A DNA stretch of 51,414 bases from Chloroflexota bacterium (lineage in GTDB: Bacteria; Chloroflexota; UBA6077): positions 1 through 51,414 of the forward strand of contig DAHVXI010000055.1 of NCBI GenBank assembly GCA_027356795.1, in the 5' to 3' direction. The translations under genes were made by a program, and so were the position numbers. Under the pieces are notes generated by a model. That model was not told the origin of the DNA. It did not search any database and saw only the letters and a list, made by a program, of their open reading frames with translations. Positions within the stretch are counted from its first letter, which is position 1. Every line of letters begins with the position of its first letter. Shown here piece after piece: positions 49,394-51,414 of the stretch.

Positions 49394-51412
49394 CTACCAC
49401 CTGCCCGGTTGGAAGCGGCGGAGCCGCAGGGAGTTGCTCACCACCGACACCGACGAGGTGGCCATGGCAACACCCGCGAAGATCGGGTTTAGCAGGACCC
49501 CGAAGAAGGGGTACCAGAGCCCGGCCGCCAGCGGGATCAGCGCGACGTTGTAGAAGAAGGCCCAGAACAGGTTCTGCTTGATGGTGCGCATCGTCTGCTT
49601 GGACAGCCGGATGGCGGTAACCACCCCCCGCACGTCCCCGCTGATCAGGGTGACGTCGCTCGCTTCCATCGCAACGTCGGTGCCGGTGCCGATGGCGATC
49701 CCCACGTCGGCCTGGGCCAGCGCGGGGGCGTCGTTGATGCCGTCGCCCACCATGGCCACCACCTTGCCCTCGGCCTGGAGCTTCCTCACCTCCTCGGCCT
49801 TCTGCTCGGGGAGCACCTCGGCCAGCACCCGGTCGATCCCCAGCTGCTTGGCGATGGCGGCGGCCGTACGCCGGTTGTCTCCGGTCAGCATCGCCACCTC
49901 GATCCCCAGCTTCCGCAGCTCGGCCACGGCCTCCCCGGAGCCGGCCTTCACCGTGTCCGCCACGGCCACTATGCCCGCGACTCGGCCGTCCACCGCCACC
50001 AGCATGGCCGTCTTGCCCTGGTCGGAAAGGGCTGCAACTTTCTCGGCCAGCCCGTCCATGGGGTAGCCCCGGTCGCCCATCAGCTTCTCGTTCCCCAGCA
50101 CCACCCGCCGGCCGTCGACGGTGGCCTCGATCCCGTGACCGGGGACGGCTTGGAACTCCTTCGGATCGGCCAGCTCGAGGCTCTTCTCCCTGGCAGCAGC
50201 CACGATGGCCTCCCCCAGGGGGTGCTCCGAGCCCCTCTCCGCCGATGCCGCCATGAGCAGCAGCTCCTCCAACGTTCTGCCATCCGCCGGCAGCAGATCC
50301 GTGACCACCGGCTTGCCCTGGGTCAGGGTGCCGGTCTTGTCCAGGATGATGGCCGTGATCTTGTGCGCCGTCTCCAGCGCCTCGCCGCTACGGATCAGCA
50401 CCCCGTTCTCGGCTCCCTTGCCGGTGCCCACCATGATGGCCGTGGGGGTCGCCAGCCCGAGGGCGCAGGGGCAGGCGATGATCAGCACCGCCACCATGTT
50501 CAGCAGGGCGTGGGTGAAGGCGGGGGCGGGGCCGAACAGCCACCACACCCCGAAGGTGAGGAGGGCGACGCCGATCACCGCCGGCACGAAGTAGCCGGAG
50601 ATGACGTCGGCCAGCCTCTGGATGGGGGCCTTGGAGCCCTGGGCATCCTCCACCAGCCGTATGATCTGGGCCAGCACCGTGTCCTTGCCCACCTTGGTGG
50701 CTCGGAACCGGAAGCTGCCCGTCTTGTTGATCGTAGCCCCGATCACCTCGTCCTCGGGGCCCTTCTCCACCGGGATGCTCTCGCCGGTGATCATGCTCTC
50801 GTCTAGGGCGCTCCGGCCCTCCAGCACCACGCCGTCCACCGGCACCTTCTCGCCCGGCCGGACCACGATCACCTCGTCGATGCGGACCGCCTCTACCGGC
50901 AGGTCCAGCTCCTGGCCGTCCCGGATCACGCGGGCCGTCTTGGCCTGCATCCCCATCAGCTTCTTGATGGCCTCCCCTGTCTGCCCCTTGGCTCGGGCCT
51001 CCAGGTACTTGCCCATCAGGATGAGGCCGATGATGATGGCGGCGGAGTCGAAGTACAGCTCCGGCATCTGTCCTGCGCCGGCGAAGAGGCTGGGGAAGAG
51101 GATGGCGGCGACACTGTACAGGTAGGCGGCGCTGGTTCCCATGGCGATCAGGGTGTCCATGTTGGCGCTGAGGTGCCTGGCGTTCGCCCAGGCACCCTTG
51201 TAGAAGCGCCAGCCGGCCCAGAACTGGACCGGTGTGGCCAGGGCCCACAGCAGGTAGGGGTTGCCCAGGAGGGCGGGCACCCAGGGGAACAGATCCCGGA
51301 AGCTTCCCAGGAAGATGATGGCGCCCAGGGCCAGGGCGAAGATGGTCTTGTTTCGGGCCTGGGAGACCTCCCGGCGGGCGGCCAGGGTGGCGGCGTCCGG
51401 CCCCTCGCCCTC
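49394..51412 (-). CDS. copA: Cu(I)-exporting P1B-type ATPase (5' end outside the window)
   Basis: [33 protein letters not shown] and MxxSS motifs. Confidence 0.93.
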   Translation of the reverse strand, partial: EGEGPDAATLAARREVSQARNKTIFALALGAIIFLGSFRDLFPWVPALLGNPYLLWALATPVQFWAGWRFYKGAWANARHLSANMDTLIAMGTSAAYLYSVAAILFPSLFAGAGQMPELYFDSAAIIIGLILMGKYLEARAKGQTGEAIKKLMGMQAKTARVIRDGQELDLPVEAVRIDEVIVVRPGEKVPVDGVVLEGRSALDESMITGESIPVEKGPEDEVIGATINKTGSFRFRATKVGKDTVLAQIIRLVEDAQGSKAPIQRLADVISGYFVPAVIGVALLTFGVWWLFGPAPAFTHALLNMVAVLIIACPCALGLATPTAIMVGTGKGAENGVLIRSGEALETAHKITAIILDKTGTLTQGKPVVTDLLPADGRTLEELLLMAASAERGSEHPLGEAIVAAAREKSLELADPKEFQAVPGHGIEATVDGRRVVLGNEKLMGDRGYPMDGLAEKVAALSDQGKTAMLVAVDGRVAGIVAVADTVKAGSGEAVAELRKLGIEVAMLTGDNRRTAAAIAKQLGIDRVLAEVLPEQKAEEVRKLQAEGKVVAMVGDGINDAPALAQADVGIAIGTGTDVAMEASDVTLISGDVRGVVTAIRLSKQTMRTIKQNLFWAFFYNVALIPLAAGLWYPFFGVLLNPIFAGVAMATSSVSVVSNSLRLRRFQPGRW

Positions 51413-51414
51413 GG

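Overview
GC-rich bacterial chromosomal window. A Chloroflexota origin is inferred from gene content, including the small SWIM-finger protein. Most genes lie on the - strand. Main blocks are: (i) a SAM-I riboswitch-controlled methyl-cycle/salvage operon mtnA-mtnP-pfkB-ahcY-metK, downstream of pth-mfd-apt; (ii) sugar-nucleotide and glycosyltransferase genes; (iii) a diheme cytochrome c-narGHJI-narK-ferredoxin-8Cys protein-ywiC cluster with two Crp/Fnr-type boxes at identical promoter geometry, whose alpha subunit carries Nitrobacter-NXR-like rather than enterobacterial NarG signatures; (iv) MFS transporters, decayed azlC and GNAT genes, tag and phzF; (v) copA-copZ-YHS-hemerythrin. The most striking unexplained signal is a dense population of at least six families of short palindromic or tandem mini-elements. 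They pile up at gene ends, nest inside each other, supply stop codons, abut gene truncations and sit in-frame inside Mfd, NarG and probably YwiC. No autonomous mobilising gene is in the window. Candidate regulatory RNAs include a leader-peptide/terminator attenuator upstream of the SWIM gene. All functional calls come from motif recognition by eye; no searches were run.
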